This document shows positions 9,312 to 19,548 of a stretch of 64,000 nucleotides of DNA, piece by piece. Numbering within the stretch: the first letter of the stretch is position 1; each line of letters opens with the position of its first letter. This stretch comes from Escherichia coli. Lineage in GTDB: Bacteria; Pseudomonadota; Gammaproteobacteria; Enterobacterales; Enterobacteriaceae. The stretch is taken from NCBI RefSeq assembly GCF_013315695.1, contig NZ_CP054353.1; one strand, given 5' to 3'. The notes beneath the pieces are model-generated. The model was not told where the DNA came from and ran no database searches. It was given only the letters and a program-made list of their open reading frames with translations. Made by a program: the position numbers and the translations under genes.

Positions 9312-11570
9312 TCAAATCAATCCTGCCAGATGGAACTCTTCATATAACCGTTTTGGCGTCAGCGGCAGTGTATTGATTGCAACACCGGTAGCCATCTTCA
9401 CCGCGTTACGAATAGCAGCGGCAACAGGAATTATTGGTGGCTCACCCAGTGACTTATGTCCGTATGCGGATTGCGGCTCATTGATTTCGACGAACGCGCT
9501 TTCCAGTTGTGGCAGATCCGGCATGGTCGGCATTTTGTAATCCAGCAGATTGGGGTTACGGACCACGCCGCTTTTCGCATCGATGATCATCTCTTCAAAT
9601 AGCGCCCAGCCAATGCCCATTCCCATTCCGCCGTGTACCTGACCTTCTGCCAGCAGCGGATTTAGAATATGCCCCGAATCATGAACGTTGAGGATGCGGT
9701 TGATGGTGACTTTGCACAGTGCAATATCGACCGTCAGATCAACAAAGGTACAGCCGAACGCCGGTGGGTTAGTGGTGGTTTTGATGGAGCTTTCAGCAGA
9801 GAGCTGCCCGCCGCGTTCAGGGTGGTAGAAAGCGTCCATCGCCAAATCTTTTAACGACATTAACGGTTCTTCCGGTCGTTCAATCAGCACGATATGGCCT
9901 TTTATCAGGGTCAGATTCATCGCTGACTGATGTAGCATGACTGCGGCGTGAGCGATGATTTTCTCTTTTAATAACAGTGCCGCACTGCGCAGCGCAGGCG
10001 CGGCAACATAGCTCTGGCGTGAGGCAAATGCGCCGGGATCGAACGGCGTAACATCGGTATCTTGTGTTGAAATAACGCGAACGTCGCTGACCGGAACCCC
10101 CACGGTTTCTGCCACCATTTGCGAGAAGACGGTGTCGGCACCCTGACCGATTTCCGTCGCGCCGCTTTGCACGTTGATGGTTCCATCCTGATTCATCAGA
10201 AGGCGCGCGCCTGCTATTTCTACGCCGACAGGCCAGGTGTTCGAGGTGTAGCTAAAACAGGCGACGCCAACGCCGCGGCGTAAATTGCCTTTCTGGTTCT
10301 GGCACTCTGCACGGCGTTTTTCCCATTCAAAGATTTTCCGGCCTTTTTCAAGACACTCCGGCAACCCTGCGCTGTAAATACGTTTGCCCGTGAGCGGATT
10401 AGCATCTCCTTCGCGGGCGGCGTTGCGTAAACGAATTTCAACAGGATCAATACCTAACGCTGTCGCGGCGTCATCAAGCATAGACTCAACGGCAAATACG
10501 ACTTGTGGCGCGCCATAACCACGCATCGCACCAGCTGAGGGGAGGTTGGTATAGCAGGTCTTTGAACTGTAAGCGTAGGCACAACGAGGATAAAGGTAAG
10601 CGACTTTATTCCCCCCCGCAGAAGCGATGGAGTGCCCGTGAGATGCGTAAGCGCCGGTGTTAGACAGAACATCCAGACTATAACCTTTCAATGTTCCGTC
10701 GCGGTTCACGCCCATTTGCCCGTCAATAGTAAAAGCGTGGCGGGTACGGGTTGCGAGGAAACACTCTTCACGGCTAAGGGAAACTTTCATCGGAATGCCG
10801 CCAAGCTTGCTGGTCAGGAATGCCGCCATTGGCTCTTCCAGTACATCCTGTTTATTACCAAAACCGCCACCGACAAACGGTTTGATGACTCGTACGCATG
10901 ACCAGGGAATATTCAGCGCCTGACCAACCACACGGCGAACAATGTGTGGGATCTGGGTGCTGGAAACGATGGTAATTCGCGAGTCATCCTCCATCCATGC
11001 CAGCGATGTCACGCTTTCCATGTGACAATGTTGAATGACCGGCGTCTGATAGTGCCCCTGTACCTGGTAGTCGGCGGCATCGATTGTTTGTTGGACATTG
11101 CCCGTCGACATCGTGCTTTGTTTTAGTAAATTGCCGCCGTTATGGATTGGTTCAGCGTCATCAGCCAGCGCCGCTTCTGGGGTGGTGATAACGGGTAATT
11201 CTTGCCACTCAATGCTGACCAATTGCGCCGCTTTTTCTGCCGTGAGTTCATCACGGGCCACGACGATGGCAACGGCGTCACCATGGTGACGAACATGGCG
11301 AGTTAGCAGTGCGCGATCGGCGGTATCGCGCTTGTTTTCGTCAAGTGTCCAGGCATGCCCAGCTGTAGCGAATGGGATATCAGGCACATCTTCCCAGGTA
11401 AAAATCGCCAGTACGCCCGGTAAACTTCTGGCTTGTTCATCATTAATACTTACGGCATAACCATGTGCGATAGGGCTACGTACATATTTCGCGTAACACA
11501 TGCCCGCCATAACATAATCGTCAGTATATCGTGCCCGCCCGGTGACCTTAGCAATGGCATCTACGCGCAT
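9312..11570 (-). CDS. xdhA: Xanthine dehydrogenase molybdopterin-binding subunit (752 aa from ATG 11570)
   Basis: Large molybdopterin oxidoreductase subunit; ORF track start 11609 is 13 codons upstream. Confidence 0.9.
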   Translation of the reverse strand: MRVDAIAKVTGRARYTDDYVMAGMCYAKYVRSPIAHGYAVSINDEQARSLPGVLAIFTWEDVPDIPFATAGHAWTLDENKRDTADRALLTRHVRHHGDAVAIVVARDELTAEKAAQLVSIEWQELPVITTPEAALADDAEPIHNGGNLLKQSTMSTGNVQQTIDAADYQVQGHYQTPVIQHCHMESVTSLAWMEDDSRITIVSSTQIPHIVRRVVGQALNIPWSCVRVIKPFVGGGFGNKQDVLEEPMAAFLTSKLGGIPMKVSLSREECFLATRTRHAFTIDGQMGVNRDGTLKGYSLDVLSNTGAYASHGHSIASAGGNKVAYLYPRCAYAYSSKTCYTNLPSAGAMRGYGAPQVVFAVESMLDDAATALGIDPVEIRLRNAAREGDANPLTGKRIYSAGLPECLEKGRKIFEWEKRRAECQNQKGNLRRGVGVACFSYTSNTWPVGVEIAGARLLMNQDGTINVQSGATEIGQGADTVFSQMVAETVGVPVSDVRVISTQDTDVTPFDPGAFASRQSYVAAPALRSAALLLKEKIIAHAAVMLHQSAMNLTLIKGHIVLIERPEEPLMSLKDLAMDAFYHPERGGQLSAESSIKTTTNPPAFGCTFVDLTVDIALCKVTINRILNVHDSGHILNPLLAEGQVHGGMGMGIGWALFEEMIIDAKSGVVRNPNLLDYKMPTMPDLPQLESAFVEINEPQSAYGHKSLGEPPIIPVAAAIRNAVKMATGVAINTLPLTPKRLYEEFHLAGLI

Positions 11571-12024
11571 GCATGATTCACCTGTAGCGGTTGCTTCCCG
11601 CGCTTCCATAGAAATCCCCTCGATTTGAACATTTGGTTCTTATGGCAAAGATTTAGTCTAAGCAGGCAAGATTTACGCCAGAAACGACGATAAGCGTTAA
11701 GGGAGGAAGGAAGTGTGATGATGTTAAAAAAACACAGATATGATACGAAACAGGACCCTGAATAGGGGCAGTGATACGTATCAATATCAGTGGCGATAAA
11801 ATCAATGTGATAAATTGGGATTATTACGCATCAGGATGGGAAATAGGGTAAATGAGTCAGGAAATTCGATACCTCTACAGTGAATATTTTGCTGATGATA
11901 CTTCCCTTTGCCAAATGAAATTAACCTCTTTCTCTATTACCGCGTTTTTCCAGAAGCAAGAGATTGGGTATCAAGAGGCTGGCTGCTATGATATGGCGTC
12001 TTGTTTTTTAAGCGAGGAAAGATT

Positions 12025-12777
12025 TTGAGTGCGGGACGCCTGAATAAAAAATCTCTGGGTATCGTGATGTTGTTATCGGTTGGACTGCTTTTGGCGGGCT
12101 GCTCGGGTAGCAAATCATCCGATACAGGAACGTATTCCGGCTCCGTTTACACCGTGAAACGGGGGGATACGCTATATCGTATTTCGCGCACCACGGGAAC
12201 CAGCGTAAAAGAGCTGGCGCGACTGAACGGCATTTCCCCCCCTTACACCATTGAAGTTGGTCAGAAACTAAAACTGGGTGGGGCGAAAAGTAGCAGTACA
12301 CGTAAATCAACCGCCAAATCAACGACCAAAACCGCATCGGTTACACCGTCATCAGCAGTACCGAAATCTTCCTGGCCGCCAGTAGGGCAACGTTGTTGGT
12401 TATGGCCAACGACAGGGAAAGTTATCATGCCGTATTCGACAGCTGATGGCGGCAATAAAGGGATTGATATCTCAGCTCCACGGGGTACACCTATTTACGC
12501 TGCGGGTGCAGGAAAGGTGGTGTATGTGGGCAACCAGCTGCGTGGCTACGGTAATCTCATCATGATTAAACACAGTGAAGATTACATTACGGCTTACGCC
12601 CATAATGACACGATGCTGGTAAATAATGGGCAAAGCGTGAAGGCTGGGCAAAAAATCGCCACTATGGGGAGCACTGATGCGGCATCTGTTCGCCTGCATT
12701 TCCAGATTCGTTACCGTGCAACGGCAATTGATCCGCTACGTTACTTGCCGCCTCAGGGCAGCAAGCCAAAATGCTGA
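12025..12777 (+). CDS. ygeR: LysM plus M23-peptidase-family lipoprotein
   Basis: Lipobox LLAGCSG, LysM segment (YTVKRGDTLYRISR), M23 C-terminal domain; start uncertain (TTG 12001 or TTG 12025 after GAGGAAAG). Confidence 0.8.
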   Translation: MSAGRLNKKSLGIVMLLSVGLLLAGCSGSKSSDTGTYSGSVYTVKRGDTLYRISRTTGTSVKELARLNGISPPYTIEVGQKLKLGGAKSSSTRKSTAKSTTKTASVTPSSAVPKSSWPPVGQRCWLWPTTGKVIMPYSTADGGNKGIDISAPRGTPIYAAGAGKVVYVGNQLRGYGNLIMIKHSEDYITAYAHNDTMLVNNGQSVKAGQKIATMGSTDAASVRLHFQIRYRATAIDPLRYLPPQGSKPKC

Positions 12778-12855
12778 TGGCGAATTAATCAGCAGTCAGC
12801 AGCGCGGCACTTGCTAAGGAGAGCGTAAGGTTTATAATGCCTTACGCATCTCGAA

Positions 12856-12929
12856 GCGGGCGTAGTTCAATGGTAGAACGAGAGCTTCCCAAGCTCTATA
12901 CGAGGGTTCGATTCCCTTCGCCCGCTCCA
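12856..12929 (+). tRNA. glyU: tRNA-Gly (anticodon CCC)
   Basis: 74-nt sequence GCGGGCGTAGTTCAATGGTAGAACGAGAGCTTCCCAAGCTCTATACGAGGGTTCGATTCCCTTCGCCCGCTCCA with cloverleaf features and CCC anticodon. Confidence 0.95.
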
Positions 12930-13162
12930 ATTTATCTTCACCTCATCAATCTGCCATTTTTGCTGTATCTGATTTTCTATATTATCTTAATTCAATCGCT
13001 TCAGACTTTTCGCAATCGCTGTAACACTTCCCCATTTTTTTGTAAATAAAAAGCGTTTACGCAATGCAATCCTTTTGTAACAACCCAGGTAAAATACCTT
13101 ATTTTCAAGTTGTTAAATAAGTGGTTATCTACGCTTTTAACAAACGATTGATGGAATCTTTT

Positions 13163-14608
13163 ATGAAAGGGAAATCTACATTAACTCTTCTGCTCGCTGG
13201 TATATTTTCGTACGGCACATGCCAGGCGGCAGGGGCAGAAGTGACGAGTGAATCTGTATTTAACATTCTTAATTCCACGGGGGCAGCAACTGATAAAAGT
13301 TATTTATCGTTAAATCCAGATAAGTATCCTAATTATCGTCTTCTGATTCACTCAGCCAAATTAAAAAATGAAATAAAGAGCCACTATACCAAAGACGAAA
13401 TTCAAGGATTGTTAACATTAACAGAAAATACACGAAAGTTAACGTTGACGGAGAAACCCTGGGGAACATTTATTCTTGCTTCTACTTTCGAAGATGACAA
13501 AACAGCGGCAGAAACCCACTATGATGCTGTCTGGCTGAGGGATAGTTTATGGGGCTATATGGCATTAGTATCAGATCAGGGAAATAGTGTAGCCGCAAAA
13601 AAGGTTCTGCTCACTCTGTGGGAATATATGTCTACGCCCGACCAGATTAAGCGGATGCAGGACGTCATTAGCAACCCAAAACGACTGGATGGTATTCCTG
13701 GGCAAATGAATGCTGTACATATCCGATTTGACAGCAACTCCCCCGTGATGGCAGATGTGCAGGAAGAAGGCAAGCCGCAGCTGTGGAACCATAAACAAAA
13801 TGATGCGTTAGGTCTTTATCTTGATCTCCTTATACAAGCAATCGACACTGGTACTATTAACGCTGAAGATTGGCAAAAAGGTGACCGATTAAAATCGGTT
13901 GCGCTGCTGATTGCTTATCTGGATAAAGCCAATTTCTATGTTATGGAAGATTCCGGAGCGTGGGAGGAAGATGCCCGATTAAACACATCTTCCGTTGCAC
14001 TGGTGACCTCTGGACTGGAACGTTTGTCAAACCTACTCTCGAAGAAAGACTCTGTTTTTGTCTCTGATTTACTACGCGAAGCTAAAGCCAATGAACTGGA
14101 TGAACCACTTTCAACAACGAGGTTGAACCACCTCATAGATAAAGGTTATGAAAGAATAACGCTACAGCTTGATTTAGGGGGAGAATCTCCTGGTTATCTG
14201 GAAAAAGATAAACATTACAGAGAAGCCGATGCGGCTTTACTTAATGTTATTTATCCTGCAAATCTTTCAAAGATAAACACCAGAAGAAAAGAGCAAGTTC
14301 TAAAAATAGTTAAAAAACTAGCAGGTCCGTATGGTATAAAAAGATACGAGAAGGATAATTATCAGTCGGCAAATTTTTGGTTCAATGATATTAAAACCGA
14401 TACCGATCAAAATTCACATGCGAAAAGAGAAATGAGCTTCATTCCATCAACAGAAGCAGAATGGTTTTTTGACTCATGGTATGCAAAATCAGCAGCAATT
14501 GTTTATAAAGAATCAAGAAAAGAAGAGTATTTGAATGACTCAGTGCAATTTATGAATAGATCATTGGCCCAAATAACAGGCGAGAAGGTAATGACTCCAA
14601 CTTATTGA
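13163..14608 (+). CDS. ygeQ: Secreted glycoside-hydrolase family 15 (glucoamylase-like) fold protein; last codons and stop are supplied by IS1
   Basis: Signal peptide [26 protein letters not shown]15-like motifs ([13 protein letters not shown]); native frame ends at 14586 and runs VMTPTY-stop inside the IS1 inverted repeat. Confidence 0.5.
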   Translation: MKGKSTLTLLLAGIFSYGTCQAAGAEVTSESVFNILNSTGAATDKSYLSLNPDKYPNYRLLIHSAKLKNEIKSHYTKDEIQGLLTLTENTRKLTLTEKPWGTFILASTFEDDKTAAETHYDAVWLRDSLWGYMALVSDQGNSVAAKKVLLTLWEYMSTPDQIKRMQDVISNPKRLDGIPGQMNAVHIRFDSNSPVMADVQEEGKPQLWNHKQNDALGLYLDLLIQAIDTGTINAEDWQKGDRLKSVALLIAYLDKANFYVMEDSGAWEEDARLNTSSVALVTSGLERLSNLLSKKDSVFVSDLLREAKANELDEPLSTTRLNHLIDKGYERITLQLDLGGESPGYLEKDKHYREADAALLNVIYPANLSKINTRRKEQVLKIVKKLAGPYGIKRYEKDNYQSANFWFNDIKTDTDQNSHAKREMSFIPSTEAEWFFDSWYAKSAAIVYKESRKEEYLNDSVQFMNRSLAQITGEKVMTPTY

Positions 14609-15105
14609 TAGTGTTTTATGTTCAGATAATGCCCGATGACTTTGTCATGCAGCTCCACCGATTTTGAGAACGACAGCGACTTCCGTCCCAGCCGTGCCAG
14701 GTGCTGCCTCAGATTCAGGTTATGCCGCTCAATTCGCTGCGTATATCGCTTGCTGATTACGTGCAGCTTTCCCTTCAGGCGGGATTCATACAGCGGCCAG
14801 CCATCCGTCATCCATATCACCACGTCAAAGGGTGACAGCAGGCTCATAAGACGCCCCAGCGTCGCCATAGTGCGTTCACCGAATACGTGCGCAACAACCG
14901 TCTTCCGGAGCCTGTCATACGCGTAAAACAGCCAGCGCTGGCGCGATTTAGCCCCGACATAGCCCCACTGTTCGTCCATTTCCGCGCAGACGATGACGTC
15001 ACTGCCCGGCTGTATGCGCGAGGTTACCGACTGCGGCCTGAGTTTTTTAAGTGACGTAAAATCGTGTTGAGGCCAACGCCCATAATGCGGGCTGTTGCCC
15101 GGCAT
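14602..15105 (-). CDS. insB: IS1 InsB
   Basis: Identical protein to other copies. Confidence 0.9.
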
Positions 15106-15299
15106 CCAACGCCATTCATGGCCATATCAATGATTTTCTGGTGCGTACCGGGTTGAGAAGCGGTGTAAGTGAACTGCAGTTGCCATGTTTTACGGCAGTG
15201 AGAGCAGAGATAGCGCTGATGTCCGGCGGTGCTTTTGCCGTTACGCACCACCCCGTCAGTAGCTGAACAGGAGGGACAGCTGATAGAAACAGAAGCCAC
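15024..15299 (-). CDS. insA: IS1 InsA
   Basis: Identical protein to other copies. Confidence 0.9.
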
Positions 15300-15354
15300 T
15301 GGAGCACCTCAAAAACACCATCATACACTAAATCAGTAAGTTGGCAGCATCACC

Positions 15355-15992
15355 CGATGGGGATGTTCCTGGCACTGGGTGAAATAGTCGGTCGTAAACT
15401 CTCTTCACACGATATTATTCGCGGGCTGCGTGTCGATGGCGTAGGGACAATGATAGGCGGAACGTTTAACAGCTTCCCCCACACGTCATTTTCACAAAAC
15501 GTTGGCCTGGTTAGCGTGACGCGCGTTCATAGCCGCTGGGTGTGTATTTCTTCGGGAATTATATTAATCCTGTTTGGCATGGTGCCAAAAATGGCGGTGC
15601 TGGTCGCCTCCATTCCGCAATTTGTGCTGGGCGGTGCTGGGCTGGTGATGTTCGGCATGGTACTGGCGACAGGGATTCGAATTCTGTCGCGCTGTAACTA
15701 CACCACCAACCGTTACAACCTCTATATTGTGGCGATCAGTCTCGGCGTTGGCATGACTCCGACGCTCTCTCACGATTTCTTTTCTAAGTTACCGGCCGTA
15801 CTGCAACCGTTGCTGCATAGCGGCATTATGCTCGCAACCCTTAGCGCCGTTGTGCTGAACGTCTTCTTTAATGGCTATCAGCATCATGCTGATCTGGTGA
15901 AGGAATCCGTCTCTGATAAAGATTTAAAAGTCAGGACAGTACGTATGTGGCTTCTGATGCGCAAGCTGAAGAAAAATGAGCATGGAGAATAA
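15355..15992 (+). pseudogene. uacT: 3' fragment of an NCS2-family nucleobase (urate/xanthine) permease, 5' part replaced by IS1
   Basis: C-terminal transmembrane segments of NCS2 transporter beginning in-frame at IS1 boundary; located immediately upstream of idi as ygfU/uacT is in K-12. Confidence 0.65.
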
Positions 15993-16241
15993 TATGAATC
16001 TTTTAATGCGCGCTATATTCAGTCTGCTGTTGCTTTTTACTCTCTCTATTCCTGTCATTTCTGACTGTGTTGCAATGGCCATTGAAAGTCGCTTCAAATA
16101 TATGATGCTGCTTTTTTAAATGGTTTTTACCTGTCGACATCCGCTCAAAACGGGCGGTTGTCGATAAACGCTCACTTGGTTAATCATTTCACTCTTCAAT
16201 TATCTATAATGATGAGTGATTAGAATTACATGTGAGAAATT

Positions 16242-16790
16242 ATGCAAACGGAACACGTCATTTTATTGAATGCACAGGGAGTTCCCACGGGTACGCTGGA
16301 AAAGTATGCCGCACACACGGCAGACACTCTCTTACATCTCGCGTTCTCCAGTTGGCTGTTTAATGCCAAAGGGCAATTATTAGTTACCCGCCGCGCCCTT
16401 AGCAAAAAAGCGTGGCCTGGCGTGTGGACTAACTCGGTTTGTGGGCACCCACAACTGGGAGAAAGCAACGAAGACGCGGTGATCCGCCGTTGCCGTTATG
16501 AGCTTGGCGTGGAAATTACGCCTCCTGAATCTATCTATCCTGACTTCTACTATCGCGCCACCGATCCGAATGGCATTGTGGAAAATGAAGTGTGTCCGGT
16601 ATTTGCCGCACGCACCACCAGTGCGTTACAGATCAACGATGATGAAGTGATGGATTATCAATGGTGTGATTTAGCAGATGTATTACACGGTATTGATGCC
16701 ACGCCGTGGGCGTTCAGTCCGTGGATGGTGATGCAGGCAGCCAATAGTGAAGCAAGAAAATTGTTGTCTGCTTTCGCGCAGCACAATTAA
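16242..16790 (+). CDS. idi: Isopentenyl-diphosphate delta-isomerase (type 1, Nudix fold)
   Basis: 182 aa, recognisable Idi sequence. Confidence 0.9.
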   Translation: MQTEHVILLNAQGVPTGTLEKYAAHTADTLLHLAFSSWLFNAKGQLLVTRRALSKKAWPGVWTNSVCGHPQLGESNEDAVIRRCRYELGVEITPPESIYPDFYYRATDPNGIVENEVCPVFAARTTSALQINDDEVMDYQWCDLADVLHGIDATPWAFSPWMVMQAANSEARKLLSAFAQHN

Positions 16791-16814
16791 AAAACCCCGA
16801 CATTTGCCGGGGTT
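16788..16814. terminator. Bidirectional intrinsic terminator between convergent idi and lysS
   Basis: Hairpin aaccccg...cggggtt flanked by A-run/T-run. Confidence 0.5.
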
Positions 16815-16832
16815 GTGAGCATAACGTAATGC

Positions 16833-18350
16833 TTATTTCACCGGACGCATCGCCGGGAACAGAATAACGTCGCGGATGGTATGGCTGTTGGTGAACAGCA
16901 TTACCATACGGTCGATACCAATTCCCAGACCTGCTGTCGGCGGTAAGCCATGTTCCAGTGCGGTGACGTAATCTTCATCGTAGAACATCGCTTCGTCGTC
17001 ACCTGCATCTTTCGCGGCAACCTGATCCAGGAAGCGCTGCGCCTGATCTTCCGCGTCATTCAGTTCGCTAAAGCCGTTACCGATTTCACGACCACCGATA
17101 AAGAACTCAAAGCGGTCTGTGATTTCCGGGTTAACGTCGTTACGACGCGCCAGCGGAGAAACTTCTGCCGGATATTCAGTAATGAAGGTCGGCTGAATCA
17201 GATGTGCTTCTGCCACTTCTTCGAAGATCTCGGTAACGATACGGCCCAGACCCCAGCTCTTCTCAACGTGGATGCCGATAGATTCAGCAATCGCTTTCGC
17301 AGAGTCGAAGTTGTCCAGATCCGCCATGTCGGTTTCCGGGCGATATTTCTTGATCGCTTCACGCATGGTCAGTTTTTCGAACGGTTTACCGAAGTCCAGC
17401 GTTACGTCGCCGTAGGTCACTTCCGTCTTACCGAGAATATCCTGTGCCAGAGTACGGAACAGCGATTCGGTCAGCTCGATCAGATCTTTGTAATCTGCGT
17501 AAGCCATATAGAGTTCCATCATGGTGAACTCTGGGTTATGACGTACGGAAATACCTTCGTTACGGAAGTTACGGTTGATTTCGAATACACGCTCGAAGCC
17601 ACCGACCACCAGACGCTTGAGGTACAGTTCCGGCGCGATACGCAGGTACATGTCGAGATCCAGCGCGTTATGGTGAGTGATAAACGGACGCGCAGCGGCA
17701 CCGCCAGGGATCACCTGCATCATCGGCGTTTCAACTTCCATAAAGCCGCGGTTCACCATGAACTGGCGAATACCAGAGAGGATCTGCGAGCGCACTTTAA
17801 AGGTGTTGCGGGATTCATCGTTAGAGATGAGATCCAGATAACGCTGACGATAGCGCGCTTCCTGATCCTGCAAGCCGTGGAATTTATCCGGCAGCGGACG
17901 CAGTGCTTTGGTCAGCAGACGCAGCTCGGTACAGTGGATAGACAGTTCGCCGGTTTTGGTTTTGAACAGTTTACCTTTCGCGCCGAGGATGTCACCAAGG
18001 TCCCATTTTTTGAATTGATCGTTATAAACGCCTTCCGGCAGATCGTCACGGGCAACGTACAGCTGAATGCGACCGCCAACGTCCTGCAGGGTAACGAAAG
18101 ACGCTTTACCCATAATACGACGGGTCATCATGCGGCCAGCAACGGCGACTTCGATGTTCAGCGCTTCCAGTTCTTCGTTCTCTTTGCCGTCGAATTCTGC
18201 GTGCAATTGGTCAGAGGTATGATCGCGACGGAAATCGTTCGGGAAGGCAATCCCCTGCTCGCGCAGGTTCGCCAGCTTCTCACGACGCGTTTTCAGTTCA
18301 TTGTTAAGATCGACTACCGCGTCAGCGCCCTGTGCGTTTTGTTCAGACAT
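16833..18350 (-). CDS. lysS: Lysyl-tRNA synthetase (constitutive)
   Basis: 505 aa class II aaRS sequence. Confidence 0.95.
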   Translation of the reverse strand: MSEQNAQGADAVVDLNNELKTRREKLANLREQGIAFPNDFRRDHTSDQLHAEFDGKENEELEALNIEVAVAGRMMTRRIMGKASFVTLQDVGGRIQLYVARDDLPEGVYNDQFKKWDLGDILGAKGKLFKTKTGELSIHCTELRLLTKALRPLPDKFHGLQDQEARYRQRYLDLISNDESRNTFKVRSQILSGIRQFMVNRGFMEVETPMMQVIPGGAAARPFITHHNALDLDMYLRIAPELYLKRLVVGGFERVFEINRNFRNEGISVRHNPEFTMMELYMAYADYKDLIELTESLFRTLAQDILGKTEVTYGDVTLDFGKPFEKLTMREAIKKYRPETDMADLDNFDSAKAIAESIGIHVEKSWGLGRIVTEIFEEVAEAHLIQPTFITEYPAEVSPLARRNDVNPEITDRFEFFIGGREIGNGFSELNDAEDQAQRFLDQVAAKDAGDDEAMFYDEDYVTALEHGLPPTAGLGIGIDRMVMLFTNSHTIRDVILFPAMRPVK

Positions 18351-18359
18351 GTTGGTTCC

Positions 18360-19458
18360 TCATAACCCTGCTTTCAAACTTGCTTCGATAAATTGATCCA
18401 GGCTGCCGTCCAGCACGGCCTGCGTGTTGCGGGTTTCTACCCCGGTGCGCAGATCTTTAATGCGGGAGTCATCAAGGACATAAGAACGAATCTGGCTGCC
18501 CCAGCCGATGTCGGATTTGTTATCTTCCATCGCCTGTTTCTCGGCATTTTTCTTCTGCATCTCCAGTTCATAAAGCTTCGCTTTCATCTGCTTCATGGCC
18601 TGGTCTTTGTTCTTGTGCTGGGAACGGTCGTTCTGGCACTGAGTCACGATCCCGGTTGGGATGTGAGTAATACGCACCGCAGATTCGGTACGGTTAACGT
18701 GCTGACCGCCCGCGCCGGATGCGCGATAAACGTCGATGCGCAGATCCGCCGGATTGATTTCGATATCGATATCATCATCAACTTCCGGGTAAACAAACGC
18801 GGAGCTGAACGACGTGTGGCGACGACCGCCGGAGTCAAACGGGCTCTTACGCACCAGGCGGTGAACGCCGGTTTCTGTACGCAGCCAGCCATAAGCGTAA
18901 TCGCCGGAGATTTTGATCGTCACGGATTTAATACCCGCCACTTCACCTTCCGACTCTTCAATGATTTCAGTTTTGAAACCACGCGATTCAGCCCAGCGCA
19001 GATACATACGCTCAAGCATGCTCGCCCAGTCCTGTGCTTCCGTACCGCCAGACCCCGCCTGAATATCGAGGTAGCAGTCGGCGCTGTCATATTCGCCAGA
19101 GAACATACGGCGGAACTCAAGCTGCGCCAGTTTTTCTTCCAGGGCGTCGAGTTCAGCAACGGCTTCGTTAAAGGTTTCTTCGTCGTCAGCTTCTACAGCC
19201 AGTTCCAGCAGACCAGAAACATCTTCCAGCCCCTGCTTCATTTGGTCGAGGGTGTCGACAACGGCTTCGAGGGAGGAACGCTCTTTACCCAGCGCCTGTG
19301 CGCGTTCGGGTTCGTTCCAGACATCCGGCTGTTCCAGCTCGGCGTTTACTTCTTCCAGACGCTCTTTCTTGGCGTCATAGTCAAAGATACCCCCTAAGAA
19401 CGTCGGAGCGTTCCGTGAGGTCCTGAATGCGATTATTTATCGGATTAATTTCAAACAT
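18360..19458 (-). CDS. prfB: Peptide chain release factor 2, translated with programmed +1 frameshift
   Basis: N-terminal 25 codons [25 protein letters not shown] in frame 0 ending at in-frame TGA, remainder in +1 frame; GGQ-containing RF2 body. Confidence 0.9.
19380..19386 (-). promoter_or_regulatory. prfB: prfB programmed +1 ribosomal frameshift site CUU UGA C with upstream internal Shine-Dalgarno AGGGGG
   Basis: Reverse complement of gtcaaag read directly; AGGGGG three nt upstream. Confidence 0.85.
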
Positions 19459-19548
19459 GGTCTGATTTCTTTTATTGAGCTAGTCAAAATGCGGTGATAA
19501 GAGCGGGATTGTACCCAATCCACGCTCTTTTTTATAGAGAAGATGACG

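Larger units (their letters stand above)
14587..15354 (-). mobile_element. IS1 copy 2 (768 bp), insA-insB in - orientation
   Basis: IS1 terminal repeats at both ends; ORFs identical to copy 1; flanking 9-mers aggcgagaa / cgatgggga do not match each other or copy-1 flanks. Confidence 0.95.

Noticed and set aside
12837..13049. 70-aa ORF overlapping tRNA-Gly
   Set aside because: Overlaps the glyU tRNA gene on the same strand; the tRNA assignment is far stronger
6649..15363. Target-site duplications for IS1 copies 1 and 2
   Set aside because: Looked for matching 9-mers (direct or reverse-complement) at the four junctions and found none; these copies are therefore treated as rearrangement or deletion junctions, not simple insertions
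16950..19397. 471-aa and 334-aa + strand ORFs
   Set aside because: Antisense shadows of lysS and prfB; translations are low-complexity and Arg/Val/Phe-rich with no recognisable domains
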